Source: a virus (lineage: Duplodnaviria > Caudoviricetes). From it: a DNA stretch of 34,190 nucleotides. Location: the IMG/VR virus record IMGVR_UViG_3300033067_000599, positions 1 through 34,190 of that record; one strand, given 5' to 3'. Below, piece after piece: positions 26,376 to 34,190 of the stretch; positions within the stretch are counted from its first letter, which is position 1, and each line of letters starts with the position of its first letter. Under the pieces are notes generated by a model. That model was not told the origin of the DNA. It saw only the letters and a program-made list of their open reading frames with translations, and ran no database searches. Position numbers and translations under genes: made by a program.

Positions 26376-26585
26376 TCACTTAGCAGCAGCCTCTCGACTC
26401 ATTGTTTGGTCGAGATAAGCGCGAAGAGTTGTGAAAACAGGAATGGTCACGAAGACACCAAAGCGGGTCCAACCCACCCAAGACCATGCTGGGGTTTCGC
26501 TGCTATCAAACGTTTCCAACTGCGTAGCAAGAGCGGTCAGAAGAGAGATAATAAGGTAACAAAAAAGTTTAGTCTTTCCGTTCAT
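26376..26585 (-). CDS. Small two-TM membrane protein, holin candidate
   Basis: 69 aa with two hydrophobic segments and a charged TLRAYLD...K C-terminus. Confidence 0.55.
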   Translation of the reverse strand: MNGKTKLFCYLIISLLTALATQLETFDSSETPAWSWVGWTRFGVFVTIPVFTTLRAYLDQTMSREAAAK

Positions 26586-26947
26586 TACTTAGCAATGGTT
26601 ACATTCACATTCACGATCACGGATACTGCTCCGGTGGAAGCGGTCACATTTGTCGAAAGCTGTGTCAAATCCACAGTCACTGGAGTTGAGAATGCGCAGA
26701 GGTTGGAACTACGAGCACTCTCTCCATTAGAAGAGAAAGCAGTCACCGCATAACATCCTGGAACAACTGGGCCGTAATTAGTCTGAGTTGTCTCACCGAC
26801 CAGAACCCAATTAGTTCCATTTTCGCGGTAAAGTCTATATCCAACCACTTCCGGCTCTGGGTTCTTCCACCAAGCAAAGGTCCACAGATTTGCAGCATCT
26901 GCGTAAATAGCGCCGAGAAGAAACAAAGCAAGGGCAAAATGTTTCAT
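26585..26947 (-). CDS. Secreted fibronectin type III-like protein
   Basis: Signal MKHFALALFLLGAIYADA/ANL. FN3 pattern W..NPEPEVVGYRLY...YAVTAF...GESARS. Confidence 0.7.
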   Translation of the reverse strand: MKHFALALFLLGAIYADAANLWTFAWWKNPEPEVVGYRLYRENGTNWVLVGETTQTNYGPVVPGCYAVTAFSSNGESARSSNLCAFSTPVTVDLTQLSTNVTASTGAVSVIVNVNVTIAK

Positions 26948-27720
26948 GGTTGAATAGGGTATAGGTTGGTCATGTAGCTAAAAAGAGACGCCATGTCCGA
27001 GGCGGGGAGGTTTGTGCCGTAAACAGAGAAAGTGCCGATGTGTCCGTTGAAGAAATTCGCGTTGTTCATCGCTCCCAGCGTCAGGCCATTCAATCCAAAC
27101 AACCCGCAATTTCCAGAGAAAATGGAAACCCCATTACTCACGACAGTCGCCTGCCCGTTATTTGCGGTGATCGCATACGTTGTCCAATTCGTCCGCGCTG
27201 CCCCCCAAGAAACATTGGTCCCCAAAGACAGCCTCACGTAGCCAGAATTCGCATACAAAGACCCGCCCGAGGCGTTGGTCGAACCGATCACAATTTGAGC
27301 CGACGAAGGAACTGCCGCGAAACGCAAGGCGATCATGATAGTCAAAGGCTGCGGAAGAACCACGGAGCAGTTTGTGATGAAATCTGCTGCCTGAAAGGAG
27401 ACAACGTCGTGCCCGTTCCAGACCGTAGAGTAAAACACGGGATAGCGGCTTCCAAAGTTGATCAAATTACCACTAGACCCCAAGCTCGACTTGTTTGCCC
27501 AAGAGACAATGTTGTTGCCATCATTGTAAGTCGCATCGAGGTCATCGGCCTCATACCAAGCCCGAAGCCAAGTGCTGTCCGAAGGCAGCATGGACCCACT
27601 AGCCACTGGCGCATCCACATACAACAGAGCAAGACCCTCAGGCGTGCTCAGTATATCCTGTGATTTGACAGGACTAACGAGAATGAGCCAAGCCAACAAG
27701 AATGTTCGATTGATTTGCAT
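26944..27720 (-). CDS. Secreted ConA/LamG-like lectin-fold protein
   Basis: Signal-like MQINRTFLLAWLILVSPVKS/Q. LRAWYEADDL...VSWANKS...FFNGHIG..SVY...L..Y is a LamG-like pattern. Confidence 0.65.
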   Translation of the reverse strand: MQINRTFLLAWLILVSPVKSQDILSTPEGLALLYVDAPVASGSMLPSDSTWLRAWYEADDLDATYNDGNNIVSWANKSSLGSSGNLINFGSRYPVFYSTVWNGHDVVSFQAADFITNCSVVLPQPLTIMIALRFAAVPSSAQIVIGSTNASGGSLYANSGYVRLSLGTNVSWGAARTNWTTYAITANNGQATVVSNGVSIFSGNCGLFGLNGLTLGAMNNANFFNGHIGTFSVYGTNLPASDMASLFSYMTNLYPIQP

Positions 27721-29068
27721 TACAGAGACCTAACGATTTTACACCAATCTCCAGAATCGACCCGTTTGTCACAATAAATGGATTCACCCAAGAACCACCA
27801 AGCCCCCTCACCCCAAGTACAAAAGCAAGCGTACGATTAGTGGTCACAGTCGCATTAACTACAGAGATTGACATTCTTCCCACAGTATTCGCAGGTGCAT
27901 TAGTGAAAAAGAACACCATCTGAGCATTAGTCAAAGATGGGACTACATAATTCGGATGCTGATTCGTACCTGCTGCGCTAAAGTCAAACATATAGTTGCT
28001 CGCGGTGCCACTCACACCCCAGTTGGTGATGAAAATCTGATTAGTCAACACACCAGTTCCTGAGATGTTCTGTAGAATAGAATTACTCTCCTGCTTGGAC
28101 GCGGTGGTGATTCCCGCCCAATTGTTCAAATTCCCAGTTGTATCAAGAAAGTTTGAACCACCAGCATTTCTCACATTGATGTTTGATCCGCCAATGAGAA
28201 CATTTGTGAAAGTCTTAGACGCCAGACCAGAGATAGTTGTCAAAAAACCATTACTCTCTTGTTTAGACGCTGTGGTAATCGCGCTCCAATTTGTCAAGTC
28301 AGGATCTGCTGGTTGTCTAGTTACGGTCCAATTAGTCACTACTCCAGTATTAGTACTTGGAAGATCCTTCCACTCCCAAACCACATCACCAGATCCAACC
28401 TGTGGAATCTTCCCTTGTTGAGCGCCACTGAGCAGCAGGTTCGGATTAGCTGCAATGTTCGTATCCCATCCAGCCCACTTAGTCAGATTAACGTTTGTTG
28501 GTTGTGCACCATTAAGATTCGTCAACGCCGCTCCATTTGCGATGTTACCGAGAACTGAATTACTCTGTAACTTTCCAGTCAATGAGTTTGTAGGCAAAGC
28601 ACCCCAAGAAGCTTGCCAGACATTCGTGTCTAATTTGAAAGTAATAGAATTACTCCCCAAGCCACCCCATAAAGAATGCCAAGTATTACTATCTAACTTA
28701 GAAGTAAGCGAATTACTTCCAAGCGAACCCCAAGCATTCCACCAAGCGTTCGAGTCAAGTTTCACAGTAATTGCTGTGGTTGCGATCAAACTCCAGTTGG
28801 TGAGATTAAACGTTCCCCACTGCCTCGAATTTGTTCCACCCGCATCTCCCGAACCAGTGAATGTTGCGGGCATGTGGAAGCGAACTGCCCAAACCAGAGT
28901 GGTTCCTTGAATCCAATTCGTGGTCTCAACCACCATATTCGACCCACTAAGAAACGTGCTTTTCAGCCAGTTTGTTGGAGTCACTACTCCGTTCGTTGTA
29001 TTAATGTTCAACGTGGCACTTTGTGCCAAAAATGGGAAAATCAGAAAGATGAAAAAAAGTTTCTTCAT
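27674..29068 (-). CDS. Secreted repetitive tail-fibre-like protein
   Basis: Start revised to ATG 29068 (ATGA overlap). Signal MKKLFFIFLIFPFLAQS/A; 21-aa repeats and QPxDxxLT-type fibre repeats. Confidence 0.65.
   Translation of the reverse strand: MKKLFFIFLIFPFLAQSATLNINTTNGVVTPTNWLKSTFLSGSNMVVETTNWIQGTTLVWAVRFHMPATFTGSGDAGGTNSRQWGTFNLTNWSLIATTAITVKLDSNAWWNAWGSLGSNSLTSKLDSNTWHSLWGGLGSNSITFKLDTNVWQASWGALPTNSLTGKLQSNSVLGNIANGAALTNLNGAQPTNVNLTKWAGWDTNIAANPNLLLSGAQQGKIPQVGSGDVVWEWKDLPSTNTGVVTNWTVTRQPADPDLTNWSAITTASKQESNGFLTTISGLASKTFTNVLIGGSNINVRNAGGSNFLDTTGNLNNWAGITTASKQESNSILQNISGTGVLTNQIFITNWGVSGTASNYMFDFSAAGTNQHPNYVVPSLTNAQMVFFFTNAPANTVGRMSISVVNATVTTNRTLAFVLGVRGLGGSWVNPFIVTNGSILEIGVKSLGLCNANQSNILVGLAHSR
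28559..28768 (-). repeat. 63-nt (21-aa) degenerate tandem repeat, about 3.3 copies
   Basis: TVKLDSNAWWNAWGSLGSNSL / TSKLDSNTWHSLWGGLGSNSI / TFKLDTNVWQASWGALPTNSL / TGKLQSN. Confidence 0.85.
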
Positions 29069-29394
29069 GCAGCTTCCCAAGTAAGTGTAATCGCGCCATT
29101 AACAACAGGCAACGACAAATTATACAACGCTCCGTCTCCACCAAGAATTGGAAGAATACTTGGATACGCCGCAACTGGTTCCCAGTCAAGAGTCACTGTT
29201 CCATCAACAACGGGCATTGTTAGTTTGTACAACTGACCATCTCCACCAACCAAATACGGAGTTATCGCTCCACCACTTCCAGCTATAGAAAGCAAAGAGT
29301 TCATGGCAACAAGCAACTGGCCAACCTGTGACCGTAAAGCATTTACTCTACTGGTCAAAAGTGCCAATTCTTGTGCTGAACTTTGCGTAGCCAT
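29065..29394 (-). CDS. Small protein with N-terminal coiled coil and duplicated C-terminal beta motif
   Basis: GGDGQLYKLTMPVVDGTVTLDWE / GGDGALYNLSLPVVNGAITLTWE, 35-aa period. Confidence 0.65.
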   Translation of the reverse strand: MATQSSAQELALLTSRVNALRSQVGQLLVAMNSLLSIAGSGGAITPYLVGGDGQLYKLTMPVVDGTVTLDWEPVAAYPSILPILGGDGALYNLSLPVVNGAITLTWEAA

Positions 29395-29675
29395 TATTGT
29401 GGTTGGTAAGTCTTTACTGTATCGACACCAGGGATTTGAAGATTGTTTGTTGGATTAAGCGCACGAAAAAATGTGATCCATACTTGCATGTCATGTGTAC
29501 TCCAATCGTTACGAATATGGGACTCCATGATCGCCATACGATCATTTAGTTTTGACATTTCAAGCTTTACTCCTGTGATTGAACCGCCGATGATAAAAGC
29601 TGCGCCAACTATTGCCAGCACCAACCTTAATTGCACCCCGGAGGAATCCCTTATTGGTGTTTCGTTTTCTGGCAT
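29394..29675 (-). CDS. Single-TM membrane protein with coiled coil (lysis/holin-like candidate)
   Basis: LVLAIVGAAFIIGGSI TM segment followed by KLEMSKLNDRMAIME. Confidence 0.55.
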   Translation of the reverse strand: MPENETPIRDSSGVQLRLVLAIVGAAFIIGGSITGVKLEMSKLNDRMAIMESHIRNDWSTHDMQVWITFFRALNPTNNLQIPGVDTVKTYQPQ

Positions 29676-29680
29676 AATTA

Positions 29681-31099
29681 TTATGGTGCTTCGTTAGCTT
29701 CAAACGTGAAGTTAGTATTCGCAGGAGTCCCATTGTCATAATACCTAGTTGTGGGACCAAACGAATAGTTCCTGCCTACTTTCACACCACTGCTAACACC
29801 TAATCCCCAAATGATATACGATCCTGAATCTCCCTGAGCACTATTCATAGCGATCACGCTATTGGTTAAAAGACTTAAAGACAGCAATCTTCCACTGGCA
29901 GGATGTAACGTGCTGGTGTTATTAAAAATATAGAAGTCCGTGCTGTTTACCACGTCAATCAAACCCGAACGAATTCCAATTCCATGATTTCCAGTAATCA
30001 TGGCGTTTTTGGTAGTTGTTATGGAAATTCCAGTGATTGGACCTCGTCCACGATCAATAGTGATAGTATTACCGCTAATAGTCGCATTTGTAGCCGAATA
30101 AACTAAAATCCCAATGTTAGTGGCTCCCACTAGATAGTTATTAACAATCACGACGTTTGTCATTAGACCAAAGTTAATCAACGAACTAGATGGGCTACCA
30201 GCTAAAGGTGTCCCTGGACCTCCACGAAGAAAAGACGCGTCTTGATGAATAAAGTTTCCGGAGACTAGCACAGAACGCACTGTCCTAGAGCTTCCATCGC
30301 AGATACCTTGATACATACAATTCCAAATTGTATTGTTTCGAGCAACACACATGGTTGTGCCAGCACCGGAATTTCCACCAAAAGGCATCGCCCAAAACTC
30401 ACACGACCTAGAGCAACCATCTGTGATATTATTCTCGAATATCCCGACTCCCGCAAAAGCACCTCCATCCCACCCGATTTGAGATGAAATGTTCCCGTAG
30501 TTTCTGAAGTAGTTGTTTCTAACCACAATGCCGTTAGTAGACGGCACGTCGGACGAGTCCAAGACAGCAAAGTTCTGTCCGTCTAAGAACTGGCACTCCT
30601 CCACGGTAAGATACTCCGTAGCGGTCCCGTATTCCAAAGCACCATGAATCGGATAATCTATTGAATGGTTAAAGTTGCTATTGATTCCCTGGAACCGTAT
30701 CCCCTTAATCGTGACTCCAGAAGACCTTGAAACAGAGACACATGTATTCGTGTAATACGCGTCATAGATTGTTGGATTACCAACACCAATCAAGTTGAAG
30801 TTGGTCTTCGCCCAAATATTAATCCAAGTTCCACTGGCTCCCGACGCCCTAAACCTGCGCTTGTTATCATTAGTATACACGCCCGGCATGATCATAACCG
30901 TTTCCCCATTCGTTGCTGCAGCTACCGCGTTGGAAATGCTAAACCAAGCACGATGAATTTTTCCCCTTTCAGCATTAGAGTCTTTTCCCAAAGGAGAAAC
31001 ATACAAGATGTTTGTTCCAGCAACACCTGGTGGCTGAGTCGCATCTTGCGCAAACAACGAGCTTGTGAGGAAAAGAATTGGCAATAGTCGTTTAAACAT
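29681..31099 (-). CDS. Secreted right-handed parallel beta-helix protein (pectin-lyase fold, tailspike/depolymerase-like)
   Basis: Start revised to ATG 31099. Signal MFKRLLPILFLTSSLFA/Q; LYVSPLGKD, ISNAVAAA..GETVMIMPGVY, and repeated V.I.NN/GN rungs. Confidence 0.78.
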   Translation of the reverse strand: MFKRLLPILFLTSSLFAQDATQPPGVAGTNILYVSPLGKDSNAERGKIHRAWFSISNAVAAATNGETVMIMPGVYTNDNKRRFRASGASGTWINIWAKTNFNLIGVGNPTIYDAYYTNTCVSVSRSSGVTIKGIRFQGINSNFNHSIDYPIHGALEYGTATEYLTVEECQFLDGQNFAVLDSSDVPSTNGIVVRNNYFRNYGNISSQIGWDGGAFAGVGIFENNITDGCSRSCEFWAMPFGGNSGAGTTMCVARNNTIWNCMYQGICDGSSRTVRSVLVSGNFIHQDASFLRGGPGTPLAGSPSSSLINFGLMTNVVIVNNYLVGATNIGILVYSATNATISGNTITIDRGRGPITGISITTTKNAMITGNHGIGIRSGLIDVVNSTDFYIFNNTSTLHPASGRLLSLSLLTNSVIAMNSAQGDSGSYIIWGLGVSSGVKVGRNYSFGPTTRYYDNGTPANTNFTFEANEAP

Positions 31100-31418
31100 A
31101 TTGAGCAAGGAAGGTTGCTGTTAGAGCAGAGACCGTGTACGTGTTTCCAGTTGTAGACACGACTACAAAAATCCCATTCTCAAAAAAGATTGGGTAATCG
31201 TAATCTGAGAAATCAAAGTGTTGGCCGTTGAACGCTGAGATTGCGAAAACTGGTTGATCTCCAGCGGAAGGAGTGGTGTCTTTGTCAAACAAAAGAATCT
31301 TGACATCAGAACCACTTTCATTGAATCCGCGAAGACGATACAACGCACCACCTTTATCTTTCACCTGAAAGGTGGCAACAGCCCCAACTGAAGTTTTTTG
31401 TGTTAATGCACCAGGCAT
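31092..31418 (-). CDS. Small beta-sandwich virion protein
   Basis: GALYRLRGFN...ILLFD...PIFFENGIFV pattern common in phage structural modules. No signal peptide. Confidence 0.55.
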   Translation of the reverse strand: MPGALTQKTSVGAVATFQVKDKGGALYRLRGFNESGSDVKILLFDKDTTPSAGDQPVFAISAFNGQHFDFSDYDYPIFFENGIFVVVSTTGNTYTVSALTATFLAQYV

Positions 31419-31420
31419 AA

Positions 31421-32929
31421 TTATTCCTCTATTGTTTCGAGTTCTAGTTCAGGACGTACTATTTCTTCATCAGAAATGGTTTCATACTTTTGTGGCGCAC
31501 AGTCAATCCAACATGGGTTGGAAATCTCTGTGCGATAAAAACACTCCATTGCATGGTCGTCTTTGTCAATGGGCTTGTTCTCTCCTTCTGCCCAAGACCA
31601 ACGACGGATTTCCCACAAGGTTCGTCGAGCAGTTGGACAGAAACGAATTACTGGATGACCGTGAATGTCTCTTTTGGCCAACTCTTGCTTGCAGTGTAAA
31701 ATCCCTTGTGCCAACGCCTTAGTTGCTTTCTCCACAGGGAGACCAGCATTCGCAGCTTCAATCGCCATTGAATTCTTGTCCTCCGGGTCTTCAATAAAAC
31801 CAAGTGGGTCCATCTTGGTCCAGATAGGACGTCGACCGCGAAGGAAAGGTAAGATGCCTTCGATTTTTCTATTCTCGTCACCTTTGATCAAAGTCTCTAT
31901 TCCACAATGCACAAAGATGTCGTGGAAGTAATAACGAACACCAAAAGGAGATACTGTGCTGAACAGCACCATGTGCGGCGTTTGAGGGTGCGGATCAATT
32001 GTGATATAAATTGGCCAGTTGTCTGGAGGTTGGACAAAGTTTTTCCAACCAAGAGGTGGTTCTTTTAAAACATGATCGTTCCAAGAGAATTCTTTGTAGA
32101 TTAAACCGGCAAGATGGAACGGGATGCCGTACAACCGACACTGCTTCTCTTCATCAGTCAATGTGCTTTCAAACTTAGCAATTGCTTCAGGAGATAGGTT
32201 GGGGTTATCGTAGATTGAACCATTGATTGCCCAACAATCTGGTGACATTGCATCACCAGTGTCTTCAGGGAAGAAAAGGTCTGAAATCCAAGGTTCAGCT
32301 AGGGGAGTCAGGGTGAACCATTCGCTACCATGACGGTCGATAAGACCGCGTGTTACTCCAACGTACAAATCTTTCGGGCAAGGTTCATCGAAGTGGATAA
32401 AGTCATAGTCGACAGACTCTGCTGAGTCCTTGTCAGACATGAAAGCTTTAGTCGTGTAAAAGCGGAGGACGCTCTTGTTAGTCAGTTCAACTTTTGAAAC
32501 CACTCCTGAATGGTTGCGGACAGCACGCGCAATCATTGAATCTGGAAGCATGGACCAGAGTTTCCCTTCTGTTCCTGTCCAGACCTCGTCAACCTTTTCC
32601 CAGTTCACGGTCACCACTAGTCCTTTAACTGGTCGCTGTGGTATGCCACCGCGATAGGCTGGGTCTTCGGGTTTCAACCAAGCTCGCTTGCCAATAAGCC
32701 AAGCAACGTCCTCCGCACATCCAAGGTGAGATTTTCCAAAACGGTTACCGGCTCGAACCATTCGACGACGGTAGGAGATGCCAGCAGTGTGGAACATCTC
32801 TTGCTTCTTATGTGGATGGTAAAAAGCAATTCCGTTTTTCTTCATCAGATCAATTTTCTGACGAAGTATTTGTGCCTTACGTGTTCGCAAGGCGACAACT
32901 TGATCTTCTATTGCGAAAGCAGCAGGCAC
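31421..32929 (-). CDS. terL: Terminase large subunit
   Basis: PHKKQ adenine-binding motif, Walker A RAGNRFGKS, Walker B FIHFDE, coupling motif TLTP, nuclease motifs IDPH and DKDDHAM. Confidence 0.93.
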   Translation of the reverse strand: MPAAFAIEDQVVALRTRKAQILRQKIDLMKKNGIAFYHPHKKQEMFHTAGISYRRRMVRAGNRFGKSHLGCAEDVAWLIGKRAWLKPEDPAYRGGIPQRPVKGLVVTVNWEKVDEVWTGTEGKLWSMLPDSMIARAVRNHSGVVSKVELTNKSVLRFYTTKAFMSDKDSAESVDYDFIHFDEPCPKDLYVGVTRGLIDRHGSEWFTLTPLAEPWISDLFFPEDTGDAMSPDCWAINGSIYDNPNLSPEAIAKFESTLTDEEKQCRLYGIPFHLAGLIYKEFSWNDHVLKEPPLGWKNFVQPPDNWPIYITIDPHPQTPHMVLFSTVSPFGVRYYFHDIFVHCGIETLIKGDENRKIEGILPFLRGRRPIWTKMDPLGFIEDPEDKNSMAIEAANAGLPVEKATKALAQGILHCKQELAKRDIHGHPVIRFCPTARRTLWEIRRWSWAEGENKPIDKDDHAMECFYRTEISNPCWIDCAPQKYETISDEEIVRPELELETIEE

Positions 32930-33574
32930 TTAGAACCAGTAAAGTTGAAAGCGGTTAGCTGCGTAAATTTTGGTTCCGGTACCAGCAGTTGTGATGTCGA
33001 TTGCTGTACCTCCGCTTTCCGTAGCGATTTTGATTTCACCAGCACCAGGAGAGACGACGTAGTACCAGGTGTCGGCTAGGATTCCTTCTGGAAGAGTGGT
33101 GGCGGTAAAGCGGACGCGGTCATTTGCCACAAAGGTCACGCCACCAGCGAAGGTGATTTTATCTGTAGCTGGATCGAACGTGCAAGCGGTCCCTGCCGCA
33201 AAAGTGGTGAAAGGCCAGTTAAGATTAACCGTGGCAGGAAGAGAACCTTGTTCAAAACAGACCATGAAGGGGGCGGTCTTGTGAAGCACTAGGCCAACGT
33301 CACCAGAGGTTGGTCCTTTGAAGGTTACATTGTACGTCGCTTCATCGGGTGGTTTGATGATTAGACCGCCTGGTGCTTTGGGAACGGTTGGAAGAGTGAC
33401 TGCATTGTTGCCAGTGGTCAGGTCCCGAGTCTCGATATAGATAGGACTCTTAGAGTTGTCAAGAGTTAGGTCGATAGCGGTTTGCGTATTCAGCACGGTC
33501 AGATAAAGCTGAAGCACGGCTTGGCTAACGCCGGCACCACCGTCTGCTGGAGATATGTCGATTGATGTGGCCAT
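32930..33574 (-). CDS. Two-domain beta-rich virion structural protein
   Basis: C-terminal FVANDRVRF..TTLPEGI...TWYYV...AIDIT.AG.G domain typical of phage appendage proteins. Confidence 0.55.
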   Translation of the reverse strand: MATSIDISPADGGAGVSQAVLQLYLTVLNTQTAIDLTLDNSKSPIYIETRDLTTGNNAVTLPTVPKAPGGLIIKPPDEATYNVTFKGPTSGDVGLVLHKTAPFMVCFEQGSLPATVNLNWPFTTFAAGTACTFDPATDKITFAGGVTFVANDRVRFTATTLPEGILADTWYYVVSPGAGEIKIATESGGTAIDITTAGTGTKIYAANRFQLYWF

Positions 33575-33575
33575 G

Positions 33576-34181
33576 TTAATTCTTTCCTAAAAGGATTCGT
33601 TCTTGTTCTTCGAGACGAGTTATCTCTGCGTCGAGTCGTTCTTTCTCTCCATCGAAATTGGTTATTTCTTGTCGAGTCTCGATCTTTTGTGTAGGCTTTC
33701 CTAGGAAACGGTCGAGGAGAGAATTAGCGGCTGCGAGTTGGACTTGTTTGGGGGCATCAGGGTCGTCTCGCAGTTCGATGATTTTATGGATGCTGTCGGC
33801 TGCGGACTGTTTGAGTATCTCATCCAATTCGTTTCGACCTGCCTTGTTGATTTCTTCAACAATTCGCTGTCGTACAAAGGGATGTCGAAGGACTTGTCCA
33901 ACCCACTGAACGCAACGTCCAAGATGTTCCGCGATCTCTTTGTTGGACGATCCACGAGCTGCCATAAAAGCAGCTTGACGGTACCAAGGACGTTCCTTCT
34001 GAGCGATTTGAATAAGGTTGTCATTGTAAAGAGACGTGTTCTCATCAAAGGCTGCACGAATGGAAAGCTCTACATCTGGTTCTACAGCACTAGTAGTCTC
34101 CGGTGCGGGGACATGCAAATTCGACGTACCTTCAGGCGCAACTCGGTACGTCGATAAATCTATGTTTCCTAGTTCGGCCAC
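33576..34181 (-). CDS. Terminase small subunit (HTH)
   Basis: HTH GSSNKEIAEHLG...WVGQVLRHP, AANSLLDRFLGKPTQKIE, upstream of TerL. The GTG start lies near the window edge. Confidence 0.72.
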   Translation of the reverse strand: MAELGNIDLSTYRVAPEGTSNLHVPAPETTSAVEPDVELSIRAAFDENTSLYNDNLIQIAQKERPWYRQAAFMAARGSSNKEIAEHLGRCVQWVGQVLRHPFVRQRIVEEINKAGRNELDEILKQSAADSIHKIIELRDDPDAPKQVQLAAANSLLDRFLGKPTQKIETRQEITNFDGEKERLDAEITRLEEQERILLGKN

Positions 34182-34190
34182 GAGAACACG

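Noticed and set aside
27040-27663. 207-aa + strand ORF
   Set aside because: Antisense to the LamG-like gene in a locally GC-rich stretch; Arg-rich shadow.
28559-28768. 63-nt periodicity as CRISPR array or DGR repeat
   Set aside because: The repeats are in-frame, degenerate at synonymous sites and lack a constant repeat-spacer structure. No cas or reverse transcriptase gene is present.
29673-31423. AATAATTATGCC shared at two start junctions
   Set aside because: Largely explained by stop codon, short AT spacer, ATG and a Pro codon.
1-34190. Alternative genetic code, introns or inteins
   Set aside because: Standard-code ORFs tile the window densely. Polymerase, terminase, portal and MCP are uninterrupted and of normal size, with no Hint or homing endonuclease motifs.

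Overview
Most of a tailed dsDNA phage genome with podovirus-type architecture, in two convergent, tightly packed transcription units. The + strand (1-6019) carries small accessory genes, a putative amino-methyltransferase, a family A DNA polymerase with an N-terminal UDG-like domain and a 3'-5' exonuclease, and a DUF3987/YfjI-like P-loop ATPase. The - strand (34181-5970) carries the small and large terminase, a block of fibre/lectin/beta-helix genes, portal, scaffold, major capsid protein, decoration proteins, adaptor, two paralogous fibre-like proteins, a P22 gp10-like nozzle, a GNAT protein and four probable ejection proteins, the last 2142 aa with a zincin motif. Most notable: (1) five virion-type genes begin with apparent Sec signal peptides, one being a signal-peptide-bearing paralog of the adjacent cytoplasmic decoration-like protein, and these five are enriched in [T/S]N dipeptides; (2) a 15-bp palindrome, TTTCAATWATTGAAA, sits between stop and start codon at three gene junctions; (3) the PolA active site is unusual (His at 762, Asp at the 710 steric gate) and its UDG-like domain is degenerate. 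I saw no integrase, endolysin, tRNA or CRISPR array. All calls come from motif recognition and gene order by eye; no searches were run.
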